Shown here piece by piece: positions 36,289 through 45,591 of a stretch of 64,000 bases of DNA. The notes beneath the pieces were generated by a model. That model had not been told where the DNA came from. It saw nothing but the letters and a program-made list of their open reading frames with translations, and searched no databases. Both the position numbers and the translations under genes were made by a program. The stretch is from Polyangiales bacterium (GTDB lineage: Bacteria > Myxococcota_A > Polyangia > Polyangiales > Polyangiaceae). The stretch covers positions 1 through 64,000 of the forward strand of contig JBBRNJ010000043.1 of the NCBI GenBank assembly GCA_038230375.1, given 5' to 3'. Within the stretch, counting starts at the first letter, position 1, and each line of letters begins with the position of its first letter.

Positions 36289-37975
36289 GTCGCGGGTCGT
36301 CGAGCGTGCCGATGTCCTCCGTCACCTTTCGCGTGCGGAGATCATCCTCGTCGTCCTCGTCGTCGTCGAAGATGCCGGGCCGCTGCACGAGCGGCTCGGG
36401 GCGCGGCTTCGCGAGCGGTTCGGTTCGCGGCTTCACCATGGGCGAGAGATCGGGGCGACGCAGCTTGGTGTGTGAGTCATCCTCGACCCAGTCGCCCTTG
36501 TCGGCAGGGGCCGAGCGCGACTGCGAGGGCGGCGGTGCGTGCGGACCGCTTGCGCGCGACGGCTGGTAGATCTCGGTCGGGAGCTCGTCCTCCCATTCTG
36601 CTGCACGTCGCAGCGCTTCCGACGGCCGCGGCTGTGCCGGACCGGTCGCGCTCTCCGAGAACTCGACGTGGATCTCCAGATCCGAAGGCCGATCCGGCGG
36701 GGGGGGCGGCGGCGGTGGCGGCGGCGGGGCGGGCGGGGCTGACGGCGGACGCCTTCGATGTCGCTGGTTGTTCGCGACCAGGGTCTCGTCCATGTCGCGC
36801 GGGATGCCACCCTCCTTGCGCGTCGGCGCCTGGAGGATCGGCGGCAGATCGTCCGCGATCGACCGGCGCTGTGGTGGCTTCGGGAGCGGCTGCGCGGGCG
36901 TTCGCAGGCCGATGAGGTCGCGCTGCATCTCGCTCGCGTTCGCGTAGCGGTTCTCGCGGTCGCCGGCCATCGCCCGCTGCACGACGGCCTCGAACGCGGG
37001 TGACAGCTCCGGCAAGAGCTCGCGCGGCGGCTTGTACGTGCCCGAGATGATCTTCAGGAGCAGCGCGTTGTAGTTCGGCGCAAGGAACGGGCGACGCCCC
37101 GTGACGGCCTCGTACATGACCACGCCGCAGGCGTAGATGTCGACGCGCGCATCCAGGTTTCGCTCGCCGCTCGCCTGCTCCGGCGACATGTAATAGGGCG
37201 TCCCCATCACCATGCCGGTGCGCGTGAGGTCCAGCTCTTCGCCTTCGGCTTCTGCGCCGCGCGCGACCTTGGAGACACCAAAGTCCACGACCTTCACGAT
37301 GTCGCTCGCGCCCGACCGCCGCGCGATGAAGATGTTGTCCGGCTTGATGTCGCGGTGAACGATGCCCTTGTCGTGCGCCGCGCCCAGACCCGAGAGCGCC
37401 TGGATGATGATCTCCACGACGTCATCCGCGGAGAGGCGCGTCTCCTTCTGGAGGCGCTGGGCGAGGGTCCTGCCCGTGAGCTTCTCCATCACGAGGTACG
37501 GGCTGCCGTCGTCGAGCGAGCCCAGATCGTACACCTCGCAGATGTTCGGATGCCCGATGGAGCCGGCCGCGCGTGCCTCCTGCTGGAAGCGCTTCACGGC
37601 GGTCTTCTTGCGCGCCTGCGACGGGTTCAGGACCTTGATCGCGACGGTGCGCTTCAGGCCCAGGTGCTCGGCCTCGAAGACGGTGCCCATGCCTCCCGAG
37701 CCCAGCACGTCGCGCAGCAGGTAGCGCCCACCGAGCGTCTTGCCCAGCATGTCGCGCGGGACGTCGAGAGGCGCAAACCCCGACTCACCGGACCCGTCCG
37801 ACCCTTGCGCGGCCTTCTGCGGCTGCTGCTGGCCCGGAGCCGGGGGGCGGTTGGATGCGGGCCCCTTCGGGCTGCTGGCCCCGACGTCGATCGCGAGCCC
37901 TGTGGAAGGACACACCCGCACGACGGCGTCGTGAGGCATCTTGCAGTGGGGACATCGGATGAAGCTATGCGCCAA
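36269..37975 (-). CDS. Ser/Thr protein kinase with N-terminal zinc ribbon and Pro-rich C-terminal tail
   Basis: CPHC...CP; LGSGGMGTV, VAIK, HRDIKPDN, DFG, GTPYYMSPEQ. Start uncertain (TTG 37975). Confidence 0.92.
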   Translation of the reverse strand: MAHSFIRCPHCKMPHDAVVRVCPSTGLAIDVGASSPKGPASNRPPAPGQQQPQKAAQGSDGSGESGFAPLDVPRDMLGKTLGGRYLLRDVLGSGGMGTVFEAEHLGLKRTVAIKVLNPSQARKKTAVKRFQQEARAAGSIGHPNICEVYDLGSLDDGSPYLVMEKLTGRTLAQRLQKETRLSADDVVEIIIQALSGLGAAHDKGIVHRDIKPDNIFIARRSGASDIVKVVDFGVSKVARGAEAEGEELDLTRTGMVMGTPYYMSPEQASGERNLDARVDIYACGVVMYEAVTGRRPFLAPNYNALLLKIISGTYKPPRELLPELSPAFEAVVQRAMAGDRENRYANASEMQRDLIGLRTPAQPLPKPPQRRSIADDLPPILQAPTRKEGGIPRDMDETLVANNQRHRRRPPSAPPAPPPPPPPPPPPDRPSDLEIHVEFSESATGPAQPRPSEALRRAAEWEDELPTEIYQPSRASGPHAPPPSQSRSAPADKGDWVEDDSHTKLRRPDLSPMVKPRTEPLAKPRPEPLVQRPGIFDDDEDDEDDLRTRKVTEDIGTLDDPRLKPRPR

Positions 37976-38222
37976 GGTCGGTCCACTTCGAGGGTATCGC
38001 GAGCGCGCGCCCGGCCACAACCCATCGCATCATCTTAAGGGATGGTCATGGGCGCCACGCCGCTTGCGGGAGCGCCGACCGCGGTCGTCCGTGGTCAGCT
38101 GCCGGTCACCTCGAGGTCTGTGCTGGGGGGCCGCGCATCGGGACGTCGATGCACGAAATGCCTCGAAAACTGCAAGATCGCGAGCAGCCGCAGCTTGGCC
38201 CGAACGGTGCTGACCCACGTGC

Positions 38223-40613
38223 ATGGATCGGCTCGTCGTCTTCGCGGTGGTCGTCACATCCGCACCGCTCATGCTCGTGGCGCCAGTGTCGGTGCTGGGC
38301 GTGCTCGCGATCTTTGCGGTCATGCAGCTCGGGCGTGGCCGGTCAGCACCGCGTGCGCGCGTCGTCGTCTTGTGTGTGCTCGGCGCGGTCGTCTCGCTCG
38401 TGCGTGCACGGGCGGCCGTGAGCGAGCATCAGCTGCTCCGCGCGACCATCGCGAAAGGACTCCAGGGATACTCCGCGTGCGAGGGGACGGGGCGCGTGGA
38501 CTCGTCACCGGTGCACACGGACGCCGGTACCGCCCTCACGCTCGTGCTCGAGGATCTCTCGTGCGGTGGCGTGGCGGTCCAGTCCGTCCAGCGCGCCGGC
38601 GCTGTCGTGCGCGCGCGCGTCTACACCGCGGAGCAGGAGCTCGCGCGGGGCGATCGCGTGTTCATCTCGGGCGGGTTCGCGCCGCCGGAGCGGTTCTTCA
38701 ACCTGGATGACGTCCGCCCGGATGAGGCGCGTCGCGGCGTTGTCCTCTCCGGAACGGCCTCGTGGCTCGAACGGCGAGAGACGGCGCGCGGTCCGCCGGC
38801 CTGGATCGATCATGCTCGGACGTATGTGCGGCACGGTCTGCTGCGCTCGTTCGGGAGCTCGGTGTCTCCGCTCGCGCGTGCGCTGGTGCTCGGCGAGATG
38901 GACGTGGCCCACGACGACGACGTGGCGTTCCAGAAGAGCGGTCTGTCGCACCTGCTCGCGGTGAGCGGGATGCATCTCGTGCTGGTGGTGCTGTCGCTCG
39001 TCGCCGGCCTGCGCGCGCTTCTCGTCCGGATCCCCGCGATTGCGGTCCGCGGTCTCGCGGGGCGTCTCGCTGCTGCGGTGGGGCTGCCGCTTGCGTGGGT
39101 CTACGCGGATTTCGCAGGCGGAAGCGGGTCGGCCAGGCGCGCTGCATGGATGCTGACCGTGCAGCTGCTCTCGATCGCGTGTCTTCGTCGTCCGTGGGCG
39201 CCGCGCGCGCTTGGCGTGAGCCTGCTCGCGGTCTGGGTGTTCTCGCCGCTCGCCGCGTTCGACGTGTCGTTCGTGCTTTCGGCGCTGGCGACGGGCGGAA
39301 TGTTCCTCCTGGGCGAGCCCATCGCAGCGGCCCTGTCGGCCCGCCTGGGGCCGCGGCTCCGGTTCGTGACGCGCAGCGTGAGCGCGTCGGTCGCGGCCTC
39401 CATCGGCTGTGCGCCGCTCATCGCGCGGATGTCTGGCGCCGTGCCGCTGGTGTCCGTGATCGCAAACCTGTTCGCGGTGCCCGTGGGAGAGATCGTCGCG
39501 CTGCCGCTCTGTCTCGTTGCGGCGTGCCTCACCCCGTGGCCCACGCTGGAGCGGGGCGCAAGCGTGCTCGCGGCAGGAGCGCTCTTCCTGCTCTCGCGGA
39601 TCGCGCATGTCGCGGCTCGTGCGCCCGGTGCGTCGCTCATGCTGCCTCCACCCACGCATGCAGAGCTCGCGATCCTGGCGGCCTCTGTGCTCGCACTATT
39701 GCTGTGCGCGGGTCGTCTTCGCCGTCGTCGTGCCCTGAACATGCTCGTCGTGAGCGCGGTCTCCGTCCTTGCGCTCGCAGTCGCGGAGGCAAGTGCCCGC
39801 TGGCCGCATCCGCACGAGCTCCGGATCACCCACGTGGATGTGGGCCAGGGCGACGCGGCGCTCGTGGAGTTGCCGGATGGACGCGCGCTCCTCGTGGACG
39901 GTGGTGGTCTGGTCGGCAGCCCGGTGGATGTAGGCGTTCGCGTGATCGCGCCGCTGCTCCGCGCGAAGCGCATTGGTCGCCTGCGCGCCGTCGTCCTTTC
40001 GCATCCGCATCCGGACCACTACGGCGGCCTGATCCACGGGCTCGACGGTGTGAAGGTCGACGAGCTCTGGGACACAGGCCAGGGTGAGCGCGAAGGTCAA
40101 GGCGGTGGCTACGCGGAGCTCCTCTCCACGCTGCGGGCCCGCGGCACCAACGTGCGGCGTCCGGGAGATCTATGTGGAATGCATGCAGTCGGAGACGTGA
40201 CGATCGAGGTGCTCGCGCCGTGCCCCGGCCCCGACGCCGCGCGGGGCCCGAACGACAACAGCTTCGTGCTGCGGGTCCAGTACGGAAGGCGCGCCGTGCT
40301 CTTCGTGGGCGACGCAGAGCGCGACGAGGAGAGCGGCATCATCAACGGCGGTCGCCGCATCTCCGCGGACGTCTTGAAGGTGGGACATCACGGAAGCCGC
40401 ACGTCGTCGCAGCCTGCGTGGCTTCTCGCGGTCAGGCCCCGCGTGGCCGTCATCTCCGCGGGCGCGCGGAACCGCTTCGGGCATCCGCATGCGTCCACGC
40501 TGGCTGCGCTCGCGAACGCAGGTGCACGTGTACTCTCCACCAAGGCGCACGGCGCCATCACCGTGGTCACGAACGGCGAGTCCCTGCGCGTGACCACAGC
40601 TGACGGCGAGGAG
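38223..40613 (+). CDS. comEC: DNA-uptake competence protein ComEC/Rec2 (recognisable domains end near 40610; first in-frame stop is at 42074)
   Basis: GLSHLLAVSGMH, multi-TM region, DVGQGDA, SHPHPDHYGG, NDNS, LKVGHHGS, NRFGHPH. Confidence 0.9.
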
Positions 40614-41138
40614 TCAGTCGCGGAGGACGTTGCCGATGAACGGCAGGTTCCTGTAACGCTCGGCCACGTCCAGCCCATACCCCACGACGAACTTGTCTTC
40701 GATCGTGAAGCCCAGGTAGTCAATCTTCACCGTGACGCGCGCGCGCACGGGCTTGTGCAGCAGCGAGCAGACCTTGATGGTGCTCGGATTGCGCGTGTGG
40801 AAGAGGTCCATCAAGTGAGCAATGGTGAGCCCCGTATCCACGATGTCCTCGACGATGACGACGTCCTGGCCGGAGATGGGCTTGGAGAGGTCGTTCGTGA
40901 TCTGGACAACGCCGGAGCTCTCGGTGCCTTCGCCGTAGGAGCGCACGCCCAGGAAGTCCACCCGGAGCGGCAGGTCGATCGCGCGACAGAGATCCGCCGC
41001 GAAGATGAAGCTGCCCTTCAGGATGATGACAAGGACAAGGTTGCGATCCTTGTAGTCCCGGGTGATCTCCGCTCCGAGCTCCTTGACTCGTCTCGCGATC
41101 TCCTCGGCGCTGATCATGGTGTCTACACGCTCGGACAT
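40614..41138 (-). CDS. hpt: Hypoxanthine phosphoribosyltransferase
   Basis: [39 protein letters not shown]. Confidence 0.97.
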   Translation of the reverse strand: MSERVDTMISAEEIARRVKELGAEITRDYKDRNLVLVIILKGSFIFAADLCRAIDLPLRVDFLGVRSYGEGTESSGVVQITNDLSKPISGQDVVIVEDIVDTGLTIAHLMDLFHTRNPSTIKVCSLLHKPVRARVTVKIDYLGFTIEDKFVVGYGLDVAERYRNLPFIGNVLRD

Positions 41139-41202
41139 GGCTCTTCTATCGCCGCACTTTGGCGTGGCGTAAAGGCACACCGTTCGTGGTATGTGAAAAA
41201 AA

Positions 41203-41541
41203 ATGACGGACGCGCCCACGCCGCTTGCAACCTCGAAGCGGCTCTTGCTCCTGGAGAAGCTCACCCGCGAAAAATCGGCCGATCCGTTCCACTGGTACGG
41301 CCTGGCCATGGAGTACCGCACGCTCCAGCGCACGGACGAGGCCATCCAGACCTTCACGCAGCTCCGTGCATCCAACCCGGACTACACGGCGATGTACCTG
41401 ATGTGCGGGCAGCTCCTGGCGGGAAATGGCCGCACCGACGAGGCGCGCGACTGGTACGAGGCGGGCATCGCGATCTCCCGGAAGAAGGGCGAGAGCCACG
41501 CCCTGTCGGAGCTCGAAGGAGCGATTGCAGCGCTCACCTGA
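41203..41541 (+). CDS. Small TPR protein
   Basis: [35 protein letters not shown]. Confidence 0.85.
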   Translation: MTDAPTPLATSKRLLLLEKLTREKSADPFHWYGLAMEYRTLQRTDEAIQTFTQLRASNPDYTAMYLMCGQLLAGNGRTDEARDWYEAGIAISRKKGESHALSELEGAIAALT

Positions 41542-41556
41542 GGGCTCGCGAGGAGA

Positions 41557-42594
41557 ATGAGCATGGCATCGCGACGCTCCGGAGGCATGCGCCTGGACAC
41601 GGGCGGCGTCGCGGACCTCGTGGGTCGCTTCGGCGATCTGCACGACTCGGTGATTCGCAAGGTGTCATGGGAGCTCGACGTACCGCGTTCCGTCGAGGTC
41701 GAGATCGATGCGCTCGCGCTCGGGGGAACGTGGTGGCGCGTCGTGTTTGTCGTGGAGGGCGTGTCCGAGCTGCGCCTCGCGGAGGGAGTTGCCATCTGGA
41801 ACAACGCGCGCGAGTGGCTCGTCACGACTCACCACGCGGACGGCAGCGCGGTCACGGAGACGCGAGCACGCGATCTCGCAGACCTCCGTCTGGGCGGGCC
41901 AACGAACCAGGTGATCTTCGGGGCTGCGATTCACCTCGTCCCCGAGGGCGTGCTCGTCGACCTGTCGCCAGCGGATGCCGGCGCGGTCGTCTCCTGCGAT
42001 CCGGCGGAGTGGCGCAAGTCCACCTTCTATGTCCTTGGAAAGACCGCGGAGGCCCACGTTTCACCGCTCGATGACGCGGCGAAGCCATCGCCCCCGCGTC
42101 AGATGGACCCGGGCGGAACCAGGCTCCTCCGTCACGGCGCGATCACGAAGTTCTTTCGTCGCGAGCCGTTCCAGCGAACCGTCGCGGAGCTGGCGAAGGC
42201 GGGGTATCGCGCACACCTGATCGACGCGGACGACGCCTCCGTGTTCCGTGCGCAGATGACGCGCGCTCTCCGCTTCCAGGAGAACTTTGGCTACGAGCCA
42301 TGGACGGGAAGCCTGGACGCCCTGAACGACGCGTTTCGCTCGGTCGACTTTGAATCCGTCACGGGGGTCGTCTTCGCGTTCAGCCGCTTCGAGCTGCTCC
42401 ACGCGGCCGATCCGCGTTTCGGGGAAGGCGTGCTCGACATCCTGGAGTCCGCTTCGCGCGAGCACCTCGTCCTGGGCATGCGCCTCATCGGGCTCGTGCA
42501 GTCCGACGATCCGCGCCTGGAGCTGCCTGCGTGCGGCGGTCGAGCGCCTGCATGGAACGACGAGGAGTGGCTGAACACGAGCCGCGGCGTCTGA
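41557..42594 (+). CDS. Two-domain protein: immunity-protein-like N-terminus fused to a barstar-family domain
   Basis: C-terminal GSLDALNDAF...VLDIL..ASR...RLIGLVQSDDP...WN..EWL is barstar-like. N-terminal DLHDSVI motif followed by beta strands. Start could be 41587. Confidence 0.65.
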   Translation: MSMASRRSGGMRLDTGGVADLVGRFGDLHDSVIRKVSWELDVPRSVEVEIDALALGGTWWRVVFVVEGVSELRLAEGVAIWNNAREWLVTTHHADGSAVTETRARDLADLRLGGPTNQVIFGAAIHLVPEGVLVDLSPADAGAVVSCDPAEWRKSTFYVLGKTAEAHVSPLDDAAKPSPPRQMDPGGTRLLRHGAITKFFRREPFQRTVAELAKAGYRAHLIDADDASVFRAQMTRALRFQENFGYEPWTGSLDALNDAFRSVDFESVTGVVFAFSRFELLHAADPRFGEGVLDILESASREHLVLGMRLIGLVQSDDPRLELPACGGRAPAWNDEEWLNTSRGV

Positions 42595-42610
42595 CGGAAG
42601 CGCCCTCGCC

Positions 42611-42988
42611 TCAGCCCTTGCTTCGGAGCCACAGCGCATAGCCGCCAAGGGCGACGATCACGCCCCACGTGCCGACGACCCCCGCGGAGCGCAGCGCGTT
42701 GGGTGCCTTCAGTGGCATTCCAAGCGCGTGGGCAACGCGGGCAGCGAGCAGGATTCCCCCGGTGATGTGCAGCCAGAAGCTCGCACCGCCGCAGAGCTCG
42801 CAGACCAACATCAGCACGAGCGCAAGCGGGACGAACTCCGCATTGTTGCCGTGCACGCGGATGGCCGTGGTGAGCCCCTTGTCCGCGTCCTTCGCCCCAC
42901 GCGTTCGATGACGGACCACATTGGTGGCGAGCGCGACGTTGAAGAACGCGTTGAGCGGTGCATAGAGCGCGACGACGGGGACCATCAT
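42611..42988 (-). CDS. MAPEG family membrane protein
   Basis: AIRVHGNNAEFVP, ARVAHALG. Confidence 0.9.
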   Translation of the reverse strand: MMVPVVALYAPLNAFFNVALATNVVRHRTRGAKDADKGLTTAIRVHGNNAEFVPLALVLMLVCELCGGASFWLHITGGILLAARVAHALGMPLKAPNALRSAGVVGTWGVIVALGGYALWLRSKG

Positions 42989-43054
42989 CCGCGCAGCATA
43001 GCCGGTTGGTAACGCAACGACCGGCTTGACGTTGTCCTCGTCGACCTGATGCTC

Positions 43055-43765
43055 TCAGTCCGGCAGGTACCTCACGCCGATCATGAGCGTCCCGTTGAAC
43101 AAACCCGTGCGCGGCTCGAAGATCGCGTGCGGAATGATGGTCCCCGCGATCTCCGGTCGCGCGAAGAGCGTCACCTCCGAGAAGCGCAGGAACGTGTAGT
43201 CCAGCGCCAGCCCCGCGCCGTAGCCCCAGTGCTGGATGTCTGGCGCGTCGCTCTGCGTCACGCGCACGAGCAACAGCCAGTCACCACGCACCGAGGGGAC
43301 CAGCGACAGGTCCGGCGTGATCCTGATGGGCAGCTCGCCGCCGATCGACGCGAAGTGCGAGGCGAGGTCCACGCTGGTCTGGCCCACCACGTAGCGACCA
43401 CGCACCATCGCGCCGTAGCTGCGTCGCGCGTTCGGCATCAGGCCCACGCCCACGCTCGCGCCCCAGCCGTTGTTGTTCATGCCGAGGGCGAAGTTCGTGT
43501 TGTTGCTGCTCGAGTCGGAGACACGCGCGAGCCACAGGCCACCGACACTGCCGAGCGGCGCGAAGTCGACCGTGGGCATGTGAGAGACCTCTGCTTGCGC
43601 TTGCGGCGCGGGCGCTGTCTCGGGTGAGGCCAGGGTCGAGGGCGCGGCCACGACGGAGCCCTGGGGTGGCGTGGGGGCCGGCTTCTGCTGTGCGCCCGCG
43701 AGAGAAGCGGAGAGAAGAGTGGCGGCGTGGAGCGCCGACGCGAGGATTCCGATGCGAGCCTTCAT
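43055..43765 (-). CDS. Hypothetical secreted protein, probable outer-membrane beta-barrel
   Basis: Signal peptide, alternating beta strands and a terminal IGVRY motif. Start ATG 43765. Confidence 0.6.
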   Translation of the reverse strand: MKARIGILASALHAATLLSASLAGAQQKPAPTPPQGSVVAAPSTLASPETAPAPQAQAEVSHMPTVDFAPLGSVGGLWLARVSDSSSNNTNFALGMNNNGWGASVGVGLMPNARRSYGAMVRGRYVVGQTSVDLASHFASIGGELPIRITPDLSLVPSVRGDWLLLVRVTQSDAPDIQHWGYGAGLALDYTFLRFSEVTLFARPEIAGTIIPHAIFEPRTGLFNGTLMIGVRYLPD

Positions 43766-44139
43766 GGCGTGCACCCCAGCGCTGCGCCGATCCTGTTCGC
43801 TGCCTTTGTGCCGTCGGTCGAGTTGCCTGGAGAGCAAGCGTTGATTCCAGCGATCGCGACACACCCCCTGGCGAGGATGCAGTTCGCCGCGCTCTCGGAG
43901 AAGTCGGGCTCCTTCTCCACGGGCGAGCATGGACCGTCAAAACACAGCACCGCCTCGCGGTAGGAGTACTCGCACGAGACCCCGGGCGGCGCCGCGCCAC
44001 AGCACTTCTTGATGTGCTGCGTCGCGCTCTCGCACATCACGACGGACGTGCGAACCTGATCATGATCGCTGCACGCCGGAACGCCGGCGGAGATCGCCCC
44101 ACCCAGGAGCAGCGCCAGCAGCGCGTTTCCCTTAGTCAT
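43762..44139 (-). CDS. Small cysteine-rich lipoprotein
   Basis: Lipobox VPAC and many Cys; overlaps the rarA stop and the next gene's start. Confidence 0.65.
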   Translation of the reverse strand: MTKGNALLALLLGGAISAGVPACSDHDQVRTSVVMCESATQHIKKCCGAAPPGVSCEYSYREAVLCFDGPCSPVEKEPDFSESAANCILARGCVAIAGINACSPGNSTDGTKAANRIGAALGCTP

Positions 44140-45526
44140 CTGCAACCTTTCGTTTCGCGCGCAGGGCCGCGAGCCGCTGGCCGATGCGCAGCTCCTCGCC
44201 CCGCTCCGTGGGCTCGTAGAAGATCTCGTTCGCTATCACGTCGGGCAGGTACGTCTCACCCGGCGGAACGCCATCAGGGAAGTCGTGCGCATACTTGTAG
44301 TCTGCACCATATCCCTCGGCCTTCATGTGGCTGCTGACTGCGTTGCGCAGCTTCTTCGGTACGGGCAGCGCGCCGCGCTCGTCGATCATCGCCTTGGCTC
44401 GCTGCCAGGCCTTCGTGACCGCGTTCGACTTGGGTGCGCTCGCCAGATAGATGGTGCACTGCGCGAGCGGGTACATGCCCTCTGGCATGCCCATGCGCCG
44501 GAACGCCGCGTCGGCGGAGGTGGCCACGTAGAGCGCGCGCGGGTCCGCGTTGCCGATGTCCTCGCTCGCGAAGATCATCATGCGCCGCAGGAGGAACAGC
44601 GGATCGTCACCGGCCTCCAGCATGCGGAGCAGATAGTAGATCGCCGCGTCCGGATCCGAGCCGCGCATCGATTTGATGAACGCGCTGGTGATGTTGTAGT
44701 GCTCCTCGCCGCCCTTGTCGTAGAGCAGCGGCGCCTTCTCCAGCACGTCGGTCAGGTTGCCCAGGGAAAGGTGTGAGCCCTGCAAGGCGCTCGCGTCGCC
44801 GCCGTTCGTGACGTGCGCCACGGCGGACTCCAGCAATCCCAGCGCGCGTCGAGCATCACCGCCCGCGGCCTTTGCGACCGCCATGAGCGCGTCGTCATCC
44901 GCCGTGACGCCAGACGCGCCGAGCCCTCGCTCCGCGTCCATGAGCGCGCGCCCCAGGAGCCGCACCAGCACGTCTTCGCCGAGCGCCTCCAGATGGAAGA
45001 CCTTGCACCGCGAGAGCAGCGCGGCGTTCACGGCGAACGACGGGTTCTCGGTGGTCGCGCCCACGAGCGTGATGGTTCCCGCCTCCACGTGCGGCAGGAA
45101 CGCATCCTGCTGCGCCCTGTTGAAGCGATGAATCTCGTCCACGAAGACCAGCGTGCGCTCGCCGCGGTACGAGAGCCGCTCCTTCGCGGTGGCGACGATC
45201 TCGCGTAGCTCCGGCAGGCTGCCCAGCACGGCAGAGAACGGTACGTAGACGGACTTTGTAGTGGCGGCGATCACGTGGCCAAGGCTGGTCTTGCCGACGC
45301 CCGGCGGTCCCCACAGGATCATCGACGGCACGCGGTCCTGCGCGATGGCACGCGCGAGCGGCTTGCCCCCACCCACCACGTGCGTCTGTCCCAGGTACTC
45401 GTCCACACTCACGGGACGCATGCGCTCCGCGAGCGGCGTAGCACCGCTCTTCTTTGCCTGCTCCGCGGCCGCCTTGCTGAACAAGGTGTCCTCGGCCGTG
45501 CCTCGCTTCTGCGTTCGCAACGCCAC
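44132..45526 (-). CDS. rarA: Replication-associated recombination protein A (MgsA)
   Basis: PLAERMRP, WGPPGVGKT, DEIHRFN..QQD, GATTENPSF, SAFIKSMRGSDPDA, SEDIGNADP. Confidence 0.97.
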   Translation of the reverse strand: MALRTQKRGTAEDTLFSKAAAEQAKKSGATPLAERMRPVSVDEYLGQTHVVGGGKPLARAIAQDRVPSMILWGPPGVGKTSLGHVIAATTKSVYVPFSAVLGSLPELREIVATAKERLSYRGERTLVFVDEIHRFNRAQQDAFLPHVEAGTITLVGATTENPSFAVNAALLSRCKVFHLEALGEDVLVRLLGRALMDAERGLGASGVTADDDALMAVAKAAGGDARRALGLLESAVAHVTNGGDASALQGSHLSLGNLTDVLEKAPLLYDKGGEEHYNITSAFIKSMRGSDPDAAIYYLLRMLEAGDDPLFLLRRMMIFASEDIGNADPRALYVATSADAAFRRMGMPEGMYPLAQCTIYLASAPKSNAVTKAWQRAKAMIDERGALPVPKKLRNAVSSHMKAEGYGADYKYAHDFPDGVPPGETYLPDVIANEIFYEPTERGEELRIGQRLAALRAKRKVADD

Positions 45527-45591
45527 GCGACTCCATTAACACGCCGCGCCCCCTTGCCAAAGCGGCGTGGACCGCGTGAGATCAACGCCGG

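Noticed and set aside
36699..36706. G8 homopolymer as a phase-variation tract
   Set aside because: It lies in a poly-proline coding stretch of the kinase tail and the frame is intact.
40614..42074. ComEC C-terminal extension as a real extra domain
   Set aside because: It is the antisense of hpt and an alternative frame of the next two genes.
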